From positions 1,612,001 to 1,676,000 of the forward strand of contig OZ024758.1 in NCBI GenBank assembly GCA_964016885.1: DNA of 64,000 bases, read 5' to 3'. Under the pieces are notes generated by a model. It had not been told where the DNA came from, did not search any database, and was given only the letters and a program-made list of their open reading frames with translations. Both the position numbers and the translations under genes were made by a program. This document shows positions 63,540 through 64,000 of the stretch, one piece after another (position 1 is the stretch's first letter; every line of letters begins with the position of its first letter). The DNA comes from Eledone cirrhosa (lineage: Eukaryota).

Positions 63540-63735
63540 AAGGGCCAACTATAATTTGCATAGGCTGACTGTGAAGTAGTGATGTTAGAGCTTTGAAATC
63601 TTACATGCATCAATTTCAACTCTGCTTCTTAATGACAGCATCATTTTTTTCCAGGGACTATGTTGAAAAATAAACCTCTTTGGTCATTCCCTGATAGTAT
63701 CTTGGTCAACATATAAACTTTTCAGCCGGCCCTCA
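63540..63735. mobile_element. Mariner-type MITE (reverse orientation)
   Basis: Reverse-complement similarity to 6137-6341. Confidence 0.7.
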
Positions 63736-64000
63736 TACCTTATAAGGATGAAAGGCAGAGATGAGAATGATGATGATTATCGAGGTTGAACTGATAAACC
63801 ACTGAATTGATATATTGCAAGGAATCAATGTCTTTTAACAGATCAATAGATCAATCAGCTGGAACAAATATAAGAGTATGAGACACTCATGGCCTCTCCT
63901 TGTCTTACTGTCTATCTCTCTCTCACTCAGTCTCTCTCTTTCTCTCCCTCCCTCTCCTTGTCTTACTGTCTATCTCTCTCTCACTCAGTCGCTCTCTTTC

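Overview
Repeat-saturated, AT-rich animal genomic DNA. The SINE and microsatellite content looks cephalopod/octopus-like, which is an inference. I found no host gene exon I can support. The centrepiece is a ~25 kb compound locus (10920-36116): a GACA-based satellite, unit (GACA)2-3-G(G/A)TGGACT, interrupted by two intact, ~99.9% identical, 5.6-kb L1/Tx1-clade non-LTR retrotransposons on the minus strand. Each has an ORF1 with a CCHC knuckle and an ORF2 with APE endonuclease, RT and a zinc finger. Neither has a poly(A) tail; both end directly in (TGTC)n. An uninterrupted 'empty' copy of one insertion site lies inside the satellite at ~22300. Two 5'-truncated copies of a diverged sister family sit in the same relative orientation in a (TATC)n tract at 7351-8000. 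Together this suggests a microsatellite-targeting Tx1 lineage with a GACA/GATA target switch. Other content: many tRNA-derived SINEs (one with its A-box region expanded into a ~43x 29-bp minisatellite), five (TA)n-embedded fold-back hairpin elements, Penelope-type minimal hammerhead motifs, an RLE-type LINE 3' fragment, an RTE relic, mariner/hAT/pogo-like MITEs and several minisatellites. Nearly all other ORFs in the track are microsatellite artefacts.
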